Assembly: GCA_963767005.1 (NCBI GenBank)
Contig: CAVYCN010000004.1
Location: forward strand, 224,001-288,000
DNA length: 64,000 nucleotides
Reading direction: 5' to 3'
DNA from: an uncultured Actinomycetes bacterium
GTDB taxonomy: Bacteria; Actinomycetota; Thermoleophilia; UBA2241
How positions within the stretch are numbered: position 1 is the stretch's first letter; every line of letters starts with the position of its first letter. The position numbers and the translations under genes are program-made. This document shows, in pieces, positions 28,785-38,411 of the stretch. The notes under the pieces are model-generated. The model had not been told where the DNA came from. It did no database searches and saw only the letters and a list, made by a program, of their open reading frames with translations.

Positions 28785-30459
28785 ACCGAACGACGAGCCT
28801 GTTCGAACCCGCCTTTACCTGGTGGTTGCCGGCGAGATCGGTCGCGTACACGGTGAAGTGGTAGACGCCGCGATGCAGGTGGCCCAGGCTCGCGCGGAGC
28901 GCCCGGTTGGTCGCGCGGCGGCCCAGGCTGACCGTGCGTACGAGGCGGCCGCTGCGGGTGCGGACCTTGATGGTCACGCTCGCCCGCGGGCTGGTCGCGT
29001 CCTTCACCCTGAAGTGGACGAGAGCCCGCCGCCCGCAGGCTGCCACGGCGGCGCGCGCCGTCGTCGTCGGCCCGTGGGTGTCGAGGTGGACCGTGATCGT
29101 CACGGTCTGGGGCCAGACGTTGCCGTCGGCGTCCTCGAACTGCAGCGAGATCGTCTTGGTCCCGTCGCCGCTCGGCAGCTGGAGCTGGTCGATGCCAGAG
29201 AAGGACTGCCAGGCGCTCCAGTTCTGACCGCCGTCGAACGACACGCGGTAATCGCTGAAGATCCCGAGCTGGTTGAAGACCGACAGGAACAGGGTGATGA
29301 GGTCGTTCGAGGTCCACGTCGTCACGATCGGCGTGGGGTCGGTCGAGTCGCCGCCCGGCATCCAGGTCGCCGAGTAGACGGCCGGATCGGCTCCGCCGGC
29401 GCGGCCGTCGAGCCAGACGATCGTGCCGCCGTCGGTGACGTCGGGATGGGTCTGCGCGCCGTCGGCGGTGCAGACGGGGAACTCGCAGCCGTCCTCGAAG
29501 TCGTAGGCGTAGATGTCGCTCTTGTCGGCGCCGTCACGGGCATCGGTCCAGACGACGAGCGGGCCGTCGATGGACGGATCGGTCTGCTCGCCGCAGTCGG
29601 TCGCGATCGGGAACGTGCCGTCGTCGTAGCAGCCCAGGCGGGGAGCCCGCACGAGCTTGCCGTCGGTCAGATGATCGGCCACGTAGGCGCCCCAGATGTC
29701 GGCGTCGCAGTCGCGGCCATCCTGCCAGACGACGAGGCCGCTGTAGACGTCGGGGCTGATCTGGTCGCCGTCCGCGGTGCAGATCGGCGCCGACGTGCTC
29801 GCCGTGTCGGTCGTGCCGTCGATCGTCGCGCCGTAGATGTCCCAGTTGCCGTTACGGTCGTCCTGCCACACGACCACACCGTCCGACACGGCTGGGTGGA
29901 GCTGCGCACCGGCGCTGTCGCAGACGGTGAGCTCATGGCCGGTGGTGGTGTCGTAGGCCATGATGTCGGCGTCGTCGGCGGTGTCCGGCGTCGACCAGAC
30001 GATGTAGCGCCCGTCGGTCGCCGGGTGCTCGCCGGGCCCTGAGGACACGGCGAACGGCGAGCCGCCGCCGGTCTGCTCGGCCCAGATCATGGGCGCGCCG
30101 CTCGAATCGTCGACCCAGGCGAGCAGGCCGCCCGCGACGGCCGGGTCGTACTGGTTGCCGGCACCGCCCGCGACGGTCGTCTGCTGCAGCGTGGCGAGGT
30201 CGACCGCGTAGACGTCGAGCGTGCCCGAGCTGTCTTCGGCCCAGTAGGCCGTGCCGCCGGCCGTGACCGGCGCGCCGGGTACGCCGCCGGGCTGAGCGAC
30301 CTGCTGCACGTTCTGCACCCAGGATGCGTCGGGCACCGGGTGACAGCCGACGCGCGCGAGGGCGACGCCCGGCAGGAGCAGGAGGGTCGCGACGAGGACG
30401 GTGAACGCGGCGAGGGTGAAGCCAAGCGACCGCAGACGGGGAGAGAGATGCGGTTGCAC
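28783..30459 (-). CDS. Secreted beta-propeller repeat protein, paralog of 26769..28403
   Basis: VVWQDDRNGNWDIYGATI repeats; C-terminal LDTHGP...ATDLAGNHQ; GGAGG before GTG 30459. Confidence 0.8.
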   Translation of the reverse strand: MQPHLSPRLRSLGFTLAAFTVLVATLLLLPGVALARVGCHPVPDASWVQNVQQVAQPGGVPGAPVTAGGTAYWAEDSSGTLDVYAVDLATLQQTTVAGGAGNQYDPAVAGGLLAWVDDSSGAPMIWAEQTGGGSPFAVSSGPGEHPATDGRYIVWSTPDTADDADIMAYDTTTGHELTVCDSAGAQLHPAVSDGVVVWQDDRNGNWDIYGATIDGTTDTASTSAPICTADGDQISPDVYSGLVVWQDGRDCDADIWGAYVADHLTDGKLVRAPRLGCYDDGTFPIATDCGEQTDPSIDGPLVVWTDARDGADKSDIYAYDFEDGCEFPVCTADGAQTHPDVTDGGTIVWLDGRAGGADPAVYSATWMPGGDSTDPTPIVTTWTSNDLITLFLSVFNQLGIFSDYRVSFDGGQNWSAWQSFSGIDQLQLPSGDGTKTISLQFEDADGNVWPQTVTITVHLDTHGPTTTARAAVAACGRRALVHFRVKDATSPRASVTIKVRTRSGRLVRTVSLGRRATNRALRASLGHLHRGVYHFTVYATDLAGNHQVKAGSNRLVVR

Positions 30460-30622
30460 GTGTGCCTCCATTCGTGTGCGCCGCCGCAGCGCAAGCACTC
30501 ACGGGGCAGTATCGGCGGCCGGGCGGCGGTAGGCTTAGCGCAATCCATAACCCGTTCTGTGAACGCCCGGCACGCGGCCGGGGCCGGCGGCCACGGCCCC
30601 GACGCGACGAAGGAGGATCGTG

Positions 30623-31594
30623 ATGGCAGGGATCGCGCACTGGGACGACTGTCCGCGGCGGCGCGCGGACTGGGGTCAGATGGCTGCCGAGTGGGTCGAC
30701 CTCGGCCGCGGCGCCGGAGCGACGAAGTCGGGCATCCGTCGCGTGCGCATCGATCCCGGCAAGCGCGCCACGCCGGTCCATGCCCACGCCGTCGAGGAGG
30801 AGCTCGTCTACGTGCTCGACGGCTCCGGCCTCTCCTGGCAGGGCGGCGAGACGTTCACGATCGGGCCGGGCGACCTGGTCGACCACCGGCCCCACTCGCG
30901 GGCCCACACCCTGCTCGCCGGCAACAAGGGCCTCGACGTGCTGATCCTCGGCCCCGACGTGCACGCCGAGGTGTGCCATCTGCCTCGTGCCGACGTCGCC
31001 TGGCTGGGGGACACCTGGGCCACGGCCGGCAACGGGGAGCACCCGTGGGCGCGGGAGGTCGCCGCCGGCGACCTCCCGCTACCGGAGCGGCCGAACCCGC
31101 GTCCGGCGCACATCGTGAACGCGGCCGACGTCGCCGAGCAGGAGCGGTCGATCGGCGACACGGACCGCCGCCGGCGCGATCTCGGCACGGCCGCCGGTAC
31201 CGTGACCTGCGGCCTGCAGCGAGTCACGGTCGCGCCCGGCATGATCGGCTGCCCGCCGCACGTGCACAGCGCCGAGGAGGAGGTCTTCATCGTGCTCGCG
31301 GGCGACGGTGTCTGCCTGCTCTACGGCGAGGGGTACCACACGAACTTCCGCGACCGGCCCGAGCTCGTCGAAGAGCATCCGCTGCGGGTCGGCAGCGTCG
31401 TCGCGAGGCCGCCCGGGACCGGCGTGGCGCACGCGCTGCGGGCCGGCGCGGCGGGCCTGACCTACCTCGCCTACGGCGACCGGATCGCGGACGACCTGTG
31501 CTACTACCCGCGCTCGAACAAGATCAATTTCGGCTTCGCCGGCGTGATCGGCCGGCTCGAGCTGCTCGACTACTGGGACGGCGAGGGGCGGTAG
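30623..31594 (+). CDS. Bicupin protein
   Basis: Two HxHxxEEE cupin motifs (VHAHAVEEE, PHVHSAEEE); YYPRSNK. Confidence 0.85.
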   Translation: MAGIAHWDDCPRRRADWGQMAAEWVDLGRGAGATKSGIRRVRIDPGKRATPVHAHAVEEELVYVLDGSGLSWQGGETFTIGPGDLVDHRPHSRAHTLLAGNKGLDVLILGPDVHAEVCHLPRADVAWLGDTWATAGNGEHPWAREVAAGDLPLPERPNPRPAHIVNAADVAEQERSIGDTDRRRRDLGTAAGTVTCGLQRVTVAPGMIGCPPHVHSAEEEVFIVLAGDGVCLLYGEGYHTNFRDRPELVEEHPLRVGSVVARPPGTGVAHALRAGAAGLTYLAYGDRIADDLCYYPRSNKINFGFAGVIGRLELLDYWDGEGR

Positions 31595-31603
31595 GTCGGT
31601 CGA

Positions 31604-33073
31604 TCAGGCGACCCCTCGCTCCTGGTCGGCGCGCCGCACGAAGGCGCGCATCTCGGCCGCGACGTCGGCGTCGAGCGGCTCGGGCCGGTGGCCCTCGATG
31701 ATCTCGCGCGCCCGGGCGAGCGACCGCGTGTACAGGTCGGTCGCGCCGTCGCTCTGCCAGTCCTCGCGGACGCGGCGGTCGAGCAGGCGCGGCTGCGACT
31801 GCTCGCGCATGTGTCGGTAGGTGCTGTCGAGGCTGAGGAAGTCGCCGAAGGCGCCGACCTTGTGGATGTCGTCGACCATGAGCAGGTCGTCGTCGACGCG
31901 GATGCCGTTCACCACGAACTTGATCATGGCGGCGAACTCGTCGTCCATGACGAGCTGCGCGCAATCGAAAGTGACGCCCGACTCGATCATCCCCGCTCCG
32001 TAGATGATGCTGGCCCCTGCCAGCGCCACCGTGAGTCCGGTGAGGGTCTTCTCGTGACCGCTCTGGGCGTCACCGAGCTTGCTGTCGCCCTACGCCCCGG
32101 CGATGTAGCTCGGCAGGCGATACTGTCTGGCCAGCTGGGCCACCGCCGCGCCGATCAGGGCGAGCTCCGGCGAGCCGACCGACGCGGCCGCGTAGCGCAG
32201 GTCCATGGCGGTCGTCGACGAGCCGTAGATGATCGGGCTACCGCGCTCGGTGAGCTCGGCGAGCACGAGGCCCGACAGCACCTCGGCGTTGTGCTGCACG
32301 AGCGTGCCGGCGAGCGAGACGGGGGCCGAGCCGCCCGACATCGCCATGGACAGGATGGTGTCGGGCAGGCCGGCGCGCGAGCACTCGATGATCACCTCGG
32401 TGGCGTCGCGCGGCAGCTTGAGCGGGCTGACCGGGCAGACGCCGAGGCCCAGGAACGGACGCTCGCGCAGCTTGTCCTCGCCGCCGGCGACGATCGCGGC
32501 GAGCTCGATGCACTTGCGCGCCTCCCACTTGTCGATGGCCTCGCAGCCCACCGGCTTGGTGGTGTTGAGCAGGGCCGCCTCGAGCCCGTGGAGCGCGTAG
32601 GTCTCGGTGGGCACGTCGCTTGCGCCCACGGCCGACTCGTAGCCGTCGATCTCGGGCAGCGCATCGACGAGCCGGGCGATGTCGCCCACGTCCTTGATGG
32701 TGGCGTCGCGGTACTCGCCCGTGTAGGGGTCGATGTATTTGATGCCTTCGTCGAAGTTCGTGAAGGTCACGCGACCGGGCTCGACGATGAAGTCGCGGTC
32801 GGGCGTGCGGCCGCAGTAGGCGATCTGCGACGGGCAGGCCGCCAGAGACTCCGCGACGACGTGGGCCGGGATGCGCACCATGCGGGTCTCGCGGTCGACC
32901 CGGCAGCCGCCGTCGGCGAAGATGTCGAGTGGCTCGTCGTCTTCGACGAACACGCCGGTGCGCTCGAGGACCTCGAGGCTGGCGAGGTGGATGTCGGCGA
33001 TCTCGTCGGGTGCGAGGACGCTGAGCGAGGCTCCTCCGCTGCGCCCGCGCCCCGCGTGCTGGGGCCGTTTCAC
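31604..33073 (-). CDS. mttB: Trimethylamine:corrinoid methyltransferase with in-frame TAG (predicted pyrrolysine) at 32090-32092
   Basis: Continuous frame LPSYIAGA-[TAG][34 protein letters not shown]; 489 codons in total, TAG is codon 328; CPVSPL, SMAMSGGSAPVSLAGTLV and YGSSTT motifs. Confidence 0.92.
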
Positions 33074-33251
33074 GAAGCACCTCCCGTGGATCGCTCGCTG
33101 ACCATAGGGTGGCCGCCGTCTCGCGCACCACGACCGGTGATGCGGGCAAGGACCGCGGTCCCGCCTCGGCGCCGGCGATCGACTTTCTACGACGCGCGGC
33201 CCCCCACGGCGTGCAGTCTAGCCGAACGTCGCCGGGGCTCGCCGTGGAGCG

Positions 33252-33809
33252 CTAAGTTTGGCCCGCTTTCCGCCGCCGGTAGCTGCGCGCCTTCGCCTGG
33301 CTGCCGCAGACGTCCATGCTGCACCAGTGCCGGGAGCGGTTCTTGGACTGGTCGTAGAAGGCCCACCGGCAGGTGTCGCTGCGGCACACTTTGAGGCGCG
33401 GCCAGGCGCCGGTCTCACCGGCGTCGTGGACGATCGAGAGCAGGCGCGCGAGCGCGCCGTCGACGTCGCTCGACACCGGCTCGAGCGGCGCCTGGCCGTC
33501 GGTGCCGAAGCGTACGACCAGCCGGCCGCGCCGGGCGCTTCTGTTCAGGGCGGCGAGCGCGTCGTCGGCGACCGGCTCGCCCTCGTTGTTGGCCAGCAGA
33601 GCGGCGCGCAGCGCTTCGCGCAGCTCGACGGCACGTCGCAGGTCGGCGGCGCGCACCTCGAGCCCGGGGGCGGCCAAACCGTGACCGGTGAGCCAGTCGG
33701 CCAGCTCGGCGGGCGTCGCCAGACCGTCGACGTCCTCGTCGAGATCGCGCGTGTTGACGAACTCCGCGACGAGCTCGAGCCTGCCCGGGCCCTGCTGCCC
33801 GTCGTCCAC
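33252..33809 (-). CDS. CGNR zinc finger/ABATE-domain regulator
   Basis: EFVNT..., RLKVC...CRWAFYDQSKNRSRHWCSMDVCG..AK. Confidence 0.9.
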   Translation of the reverse strand: MDDGQQGPGRLELVAEFVNTRDLDEDVDGLATPAELADWLTGHGLAAPGLEVRAADLRRAVELREALRAALLANNEGEPVADDALAALNRSARRGRLVVRFGTDGQAPLEPVSSDVDGALARLLSIVHDAGETGAWPRLKVCRSDTCRWAFYDQSKNRSRHWCSMDVCGSQAKARSYRRRKAGQT

Positions 33810-34132
33810 GTGCCGCTCCTTTCTTGCTCCGACCGGCGCTCGCGGTGTGGCGATGGCGGCGCACGAGGGGACTCCGACCACGCCGTCGCCTCGCTCGCAA
33901 GTATACCGGCCGGCGCTCGATCTGACACCAGCAAAGTGTGTTTACACGTAACGCATTACCGGTAGAATGAGTTTGCCGGTGTCGTCACCGGCAACACGGT
34001 AAAGCAGGTGACGGTCAACGGTTCCGGGGTAGCACCTGGGACGGCCGGTGGACGAGGCGCAGGGGAAGGTCGACCGCCGGAGCGGCACGCCGGAGACGGC
34101 GAGCGCCGGTCCGGGCGACGCGAGGAGGCGTG

Positions 34133-34276
34133 ATGCCGGACTATCTGATCGCTGAGATGCAGCGCCAGCGGCTGCGTGAGCTCGACGAAGCGACGGCGCC
34201 CGGTGGGCGGCTGTCGGTGCGGCTGCGCCAGGCGCGTGAAGCACGGCGTGCCCGCCGCGAGCGGTCGTCGCGGTAG
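34133..34276 (+). CDS. Putative 47-aa protein
   Basis: GAGGAGG RBS; MPDYLIAEMQRQRLRELDEA... Confidence 0.45.
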   Translation: MPDYLIAEMQRQRLRELDEATAPGGRLSVRLRQAREARRARRERSSR

Positions 34277-34325
34277 GCCCGGTCGCGGGCGAGGGCGGGA
34301 CGAGATGGTCAGACGAGGAGAAGAC

Positions 34326-34514
34326 ATGATCGGGTTTCGCAGCACACGGAGTCGGCACGATGCGGCGGGGGCGGCCGCCCGCAGTACGGGCGACGGCGCC
34401 GGCACCGAGCGCACCGACCGCGACCGCCATTTCGGGCGGCGCCTGGCGGTGCTGCTCGGCGAGGTGGGCGCGGCCATCGAGGCGCAGCCCGGGGCCAGCG
34501 CGGAACGACGCTAG
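34326..34514 (+). CDS. Putative 62-aa protein
   Basis: GAGGAG RBS before ATG 34326. Confidence 0.4.
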   Translation: MIGFRSTRSRHDAAGAAARSTGDGAGTERTDRDRHFGRRLAVLLGEVGAAIEAQPGASAERR

Positions 34515-34529
34515 CGGGAGGCACGAGCG

Positions 34530-34901
34530 ATGATCGGTATCGGACAAGGGTGGCAGGCGGCGGTCGTGCTCGCCGACAAGGCCGTCGTCTTCGTGTCGGG
34601 CCGGGTGGGGGCCCATGGGCGGGCCATACCCTCGGTCGTGCACGGCGGTGGCCTGTCGCTGACCGGCCTGGCGTTGCTGGCCGCGATCGTGGCAGGCGCG
34701 GTCGCGACGGTCCTGCGTAGCGGCCGGGTGGCGCGGGGCAGGGTGGCCGGACGGCGCGCGACAGGTTCGTGGAGGGCCGGCGATGGCCGTGAGCCGCTCG
34801 GCGGGGCGCCCGGCTTCGACCGCCGTCCCGTGGCCGTGCGCGCGCGGCGCGCGACGGGGAGCGACGACCGAGGGCGCCAGGGACGCGACGAACGGCGATA
34901 G
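34530..34901 (+). CDS. Putative small membrane protein
   Basis: GGAGG RBS; one hydrophobic segment. Confidence 0.4.
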   Translation: MIGIGQGWQAAVVLADKAVVFVSGRVGAHGRAIPSVVHGGGLSLTGLALLAAIVAGAVATVLRSGRVARGRVAGRRATGSWRAGDGREPLGGAPGFDRRPVAVRARRATGSDDRGRQGRDERR

Positions 34902-34910
34902 AATCAACGC

Positions 34911-35669
34911 ATGAGCGACCCGGACGTGGTGATCGGGATCGATGTGGCGGCCGCGCGGCCCAGCACCGCGGTAGCGGTGCGCACGGGTCGCGCCGGCGGT
35001 CGCGGCGGCCGGGGCGGCGCAGCCGCCCCGGCCGCCGTCGTCGAGTGGATGGAGGCCGACCACGGCCGCCGCGACGAGGTCGACGCGCTGCTCGCCTGGA
35101 TCGAACGCCACGACCCCGCCGTGGTCGCCATCGACGCGCCCCAGGCGTACCGCCGGCCGGCGCGGCCGCCGGCGCCGCAGCAGCGCGTCTGCGATCGCGA
35201 GCTCATGGCGCGGCGCATCAGCCTGTACCCCGTGCCGACGCGCGCGGCGGTCGACCAGGGCGCGGCCCGTCTGCCTGACTGGATGAAGGCCGGCTTCGAC
35301 TACTTCAGACGGCTGCGTCGGGCCGGCTTCGAGATCCCCGACGACGGCGCGGTGATGCCCGGCGCGCTCGGAGGGCCGCCGGCCATGCTCGAGGTCTATC
35401 CGTACGGGGCTTTCGCGGCGCTGCTCGGCGCGCTGCCGCCCAGCAAGGGCACGCGCGCGGGCCTGCGTCTGCGGATCATGACCCTGCGCCATGCCGGTCT
35501 GGAGTGGGACGAGTACTACGATCACGACTCGCTCGACGCGCTGGTCGCCGCGCTCACGGCGTGGCGCTTTCTGCAGGGTCGCGCGACGCCCGTCGGCGAC
35601 GCCGGCGAGGGGCTGATCTGGCTGCCCGTCCCGCGCGCCGAGCTGCGCGACTCCTACACCGCGTCCTGA
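34911..35669 (+). CDS. DUF429 family protein (RNase H-like fold), leaderless
   Basis: IGIDV, VAIDAP, R.CDREL, EVYP, D.LDALVAA; TAGAAT 6 nt before ATG. Confidence 0.82.
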   Translation: MSDPDVVIGIDVAAARPSTAVAVRTGRAGGRGGRGGAAAPAAVVEWMEADHGRRDEVDALLAWIERHDPAVVAIDAPQAYRRPARPPAPQQRVCDRELMARRISLYPVPTRAAVDQGAARLPDWMKAGFDYFRRLRRAGFEIPDDGAVMPGALGGPPAMLEVYPYGAFAALLGALPPSKGTRAGLRLRIMTLRHAGLEWDEYYDHDSLDALVAALTAWRFLQGRATPVGDAGEGLIWLPVPRAELRDSYTAS

Positions 35670-35767
35670 CCTCCGCGTCGGGCGACGCGACGAGCGGAGG
35701 CGTGCCCGAGGCGCGGTGTACACTGGGTGACCACGAGCGGCGCGGCGAGCGGGACGGAGGTCGCACG

Positions 35768-36154
35768 ATGATGGAGATCACCTTCGGCGAGGGCCTCAGG
35801 GTCTGCGCCGAGCTCGACGGCTTCTCGGTCGACACCGACCAGCCGGTCGCGTCCGGGGGGGGCGCCTCTGCGCCCGGCCCGTACGACCTGTTCCTGGCCT
35901 CCCTTGCCACCTGTGCCGGCTTCTTCGCGCTGCGCTTCATGCGCGAGCGCGGGATCGACGTCGAGGGGGCCGGGCTCACCCTGTCGCACGAGAAGGATGC
36001 GGCGAGCGGCCTCGCGACCGAGGTGCGGCTCCATCTTACGCTGCCGCCCGGTTTCCCCGACAAGTACCGGCGGGCGATCGTGCTCGCCATGGACCAGTGC
36101 AAGGTCAAGCGTCAGCTCGAACGGCCGCCGCTGGTCACGGCGACCACCTCGTGA
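35768..36154 (+). CDS. OsmC family protein
   Basis: TDQP...GG..SAPGPYDLFLASLATCAG; QCKVKR. Confidence 0.9.
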   Translation: MMEITFGEGLRVCAELDGFSVDTDQPVASGGGASAPGPYDLFLASLATCAGFFALRFMRERGIDVEGAGLTLSHEKDAASGLATEVRLHLTLPPGFPDKYRRAIVLAMDQCKVKRQLERPPLVTATTS

Positions 36155-36190
36155 CCGCGGTACCCGGGCCATGAGGACCGCCCCACCGCG

Positions 36191-36736
36191 ATGAGCCGCG
36201 CCTTCGTCAAGGAGACCGACGGCGCGCCCGACGAGCCGCTGCCGGACCGCCCGCTGAGCGAGCATCCCAACTACGTCACGGCCAGCGGTCTCGAGAAGCT
36301 GCGTGGCCGTGTCACCGAGCTCGAAGCCGCACGCCTCGAGCTCGCCCGGGCGGCTGCCGACGACGAATCGGCGCGCGACCGGCTGCGGTATGTCGAGCGC
36401 GACCTGCGGTACTTCAGACGGCGGCTCGAGACGGCGCGACCGGCCGAGCCCGCGGGCGACGCCACGGTGGGCTTCGGCGCGACCGTCGCCGTGCGCGACG
36501 ACGCCGGGCAGGAGCACCGCTACCGGGTCGTCGGTGAGGACGAGGCCGAGCCCGAGCGCGGCCTGGTGAGCTGGGTGTCGCCGCTCGCCCGCGTGCTCGA
36601 CGGGGCTCGCGTCGGCGACCACGTCGTGTGGCGCCGTCCCGCCGGCGCCCTCGGGTTGACCGTGCGTGCGATCGAGGCGGAGGCGCCGGCGGCGACGCCG
36701 CTGGCGCCGCGAGCCACCGGCGAAGGAGAGACGTGA
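36191..36736 (+). CDS. GreA/GreB family protein
   Basis: MSRAFVKE, PNYVT, VGFGATV, VGEDEA, SWVSPLARVL. Confidence 0.9.
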   Translation: MSRAFVKETDGAPDEPLPDRPLSEHPNYVTASGLEKLRGRVTELEAARLELARAAADDESARDRLRYVERDLRYFRRRLETARPAEPAGDATVGFGATVAVRDDAGQEHRYRVVGEDEAEPERGLVSWVSPLARVLDGARVGDHVVWRRPAGALGLTVRAIEAEAPAATPLAPRATGEGET

Positions 36737-36738
36737 GC

Positions 36739-37965
36739 ATGCGGTACAGGGCGTTCGGCACGACCGGGTTCGAGCCTTCAGTCCTCGGCTTCGGCGCGAT
36801 GCGGTTGCCGACGCTGCCGGCACGGAGCGGGACGCCGGGACCGGCGCCCATCGACGAGCCGGCAGCGACGGCCATGCTGCGGCGCGCGGTCGAGGCCGGC
36901 GTGAACTACGTCGACACGGCGTACGTGTACCACGGCGGCACGAGCGAGCCCTGGCTGGGGCGGGCGCTGCGCGCGGTCGCCGCCGACCTGTGCGGACCGG
37001 GCGCCGCCGGCCTCGCGGAGCTGCGTCGCCGCGTGAAGATCGCGACCAAGCTGCCGGTGTGGGAGGTCAAGAGTCGCGACGATCCCGATCGGCTGCTCGG
37101 CGAGCAGCTCGAGCGGCTGCAGCTCGACTCGATCGACTTCTACCTGCTGCACGGGCTCAGCGCCGACCGGCTCGCGACGCTGGCCGAGCACGACGTGCTG
37201 GGGTGGGCCGGGCGCGCCCTCGCCGACGGCCGCATCGGCCATCTCGGCTTCTCGTTCCACGACGACTACGAGGCCTTTCCACGGGTGGTCGACGCCACCG
37301 ACCTGTGGGAGTTCTGCCAGATCCAGTACAACTACATGGACGAGGACTACCAGGCCGGCACGCGCGGCCTCGAGTACGCCGCCGAGCGCGGCCTCGGCGT
37401 CATCGTGATGGAGCCGCTGCGCGGCGGCCAGCTCGCGCGGCGACCGCCCGCGGCGGTCGCCGCGCTCTGGGCCGCCGCCAACGAGCAGCGCGCGTCCCGC
37501 GGCCGCGAGCCCCGCAGCCCGGTCGACTGGGCGCTGCAGTGGGTCTGGAGCCGCCCCGAAGTGTCCTTCCTGCTGTCGGGTATGGGCACCATGGAGCAGC
37601 TCGAGGCCAACATCGCCAGCGCCGCGCGCGCACACACCGGCGCCCTGAGCGACGACGAGCTCGACGTCTGCCGGCAGGTGCGCGACGCGTACCTGGCCCT
37701 GAGTCCCATCCCCTGCACCGACTGTCGCTACTGCCTGCCCTGCCCGAGCGGCGTCGCCATCCCCCAGGTCTTCGAGGTCTACAACGAGGCCGAGATCTAC
37801 GGCGGCGGGCCCGCTGCGGCGCGTTTCGCCTACGGCTGGCTCGACGAGTCCGAGCGCGCCGAGCTGTGCACTCAGTGCCGCTCGTGCGAGGAGAGCTGTC
37901 CCCAGAAGATCGCGATCGTCGACTGGCTCGAGCGGATCCAGCAGTACCTCACGGTCGGCAAGTAA
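36739..37965 (+). CDS. Aldo/keto reductase with C-terminal 4Fe-4S domain
   Basis: LGFGAMRLP, YVDTAYVY, IDFYLLH, GFSFH, MEPLRGG; CTDCRYCLPCP and CTQCRSCEESCPQ. Confidence 0.93.
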   Translation: MRYRAFGTTGFEPSVLGFGAMRLPTLPARSGTPGPAPIDEPAATAMLRRAVEAGVNYVDTAYVYHGGTSEPWLGRALRAVAADLCGPGAAGLAELRRRVKIATKLPVWEVKSRDDPDRLLGEQLERLQLDSIDFYLLHGLSADRLATLAEHDVLGWAGRALADGRIGHLGFSFHDDYEAFPRVVDATDLWEFCQIQYNYMDEDYQAGTRGLEYAAERGLGVIVMEPLRGGQLARRPPAAVAALWAAANEQRASRGREPRSPVDWALQWVWSRPEVSFLLSGMGTMEQLEANIASAARAHTGALSDDELDVCRQVRDAYLALSPIPCTDCRYCLPCPSGVAIPQVFEVYNEAEIYGGGPAAARFAYGWLDESERAELCTQCRSCEESCPQKIAIVDWLERIQQYLTVGK

Positions 37966-38019
37966 GAGCCTCACCGGGCGCGCCGGCGGGCGCCCGGTCG
38001 CCGTCCGCCGCACTCCGCG

Positions 38020-38410
38020 TACGGACCGGGCCGGCGATCGTCGTCGCGAACCACACCACCGACGCCTTTCCGGTGAACAAGGGGGAGGTCGATCGGGTGG
38101 CCCTGCGGACGGCGCTCGGGCTGCTGGCCGCCGGTGAGGTCGTCGCGCTCTTTCCGGAGGGCGACCTGTACGCTGACGGCACGCTGCACCCGTTCCACCC
38201 CGGCGTGGGGTATCTCGCCGCTGCGAGCGGCGCCCCCGTCGTGCCGGCCGCCATCAGCGGGGCGCTCGGCGTGCGGGACCGGCGCTGGCTCGGTCGGCCG
38301 ACAGTGCGGCTCAGCGTGGGCGAGCCCATCGTGTTCGACGGCGCGTTCGTGCGCGGCCGTGCCGGCTGGATCGAGCGGACCGCGCGCGTACCCGCGCGGC
38401 GCGAGGGCCC
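38020..38410 (+). pseudogene. PlsC-like acyltransferase remnant
   Basis: GPAIVVANH runs directly into TTDAFPV (segment after NH missing), then LFPEG and PVVPAAISG; no start codon and no N-terminus. Confidence 0.65.
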
Positions 38411-38411
38411 G

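Noticed and set aside
34326-35669. Chain of in-frame ORFs separated by TAGs (34512, 34899) as a second amber read-through protein
   Set aside because: ORF 34530 has its own GGAGG, the second TAG is part of the TAGAAT -10 of leaderless DUF429, and DUF429 is complete by itself; frame coincidence is likely chance.
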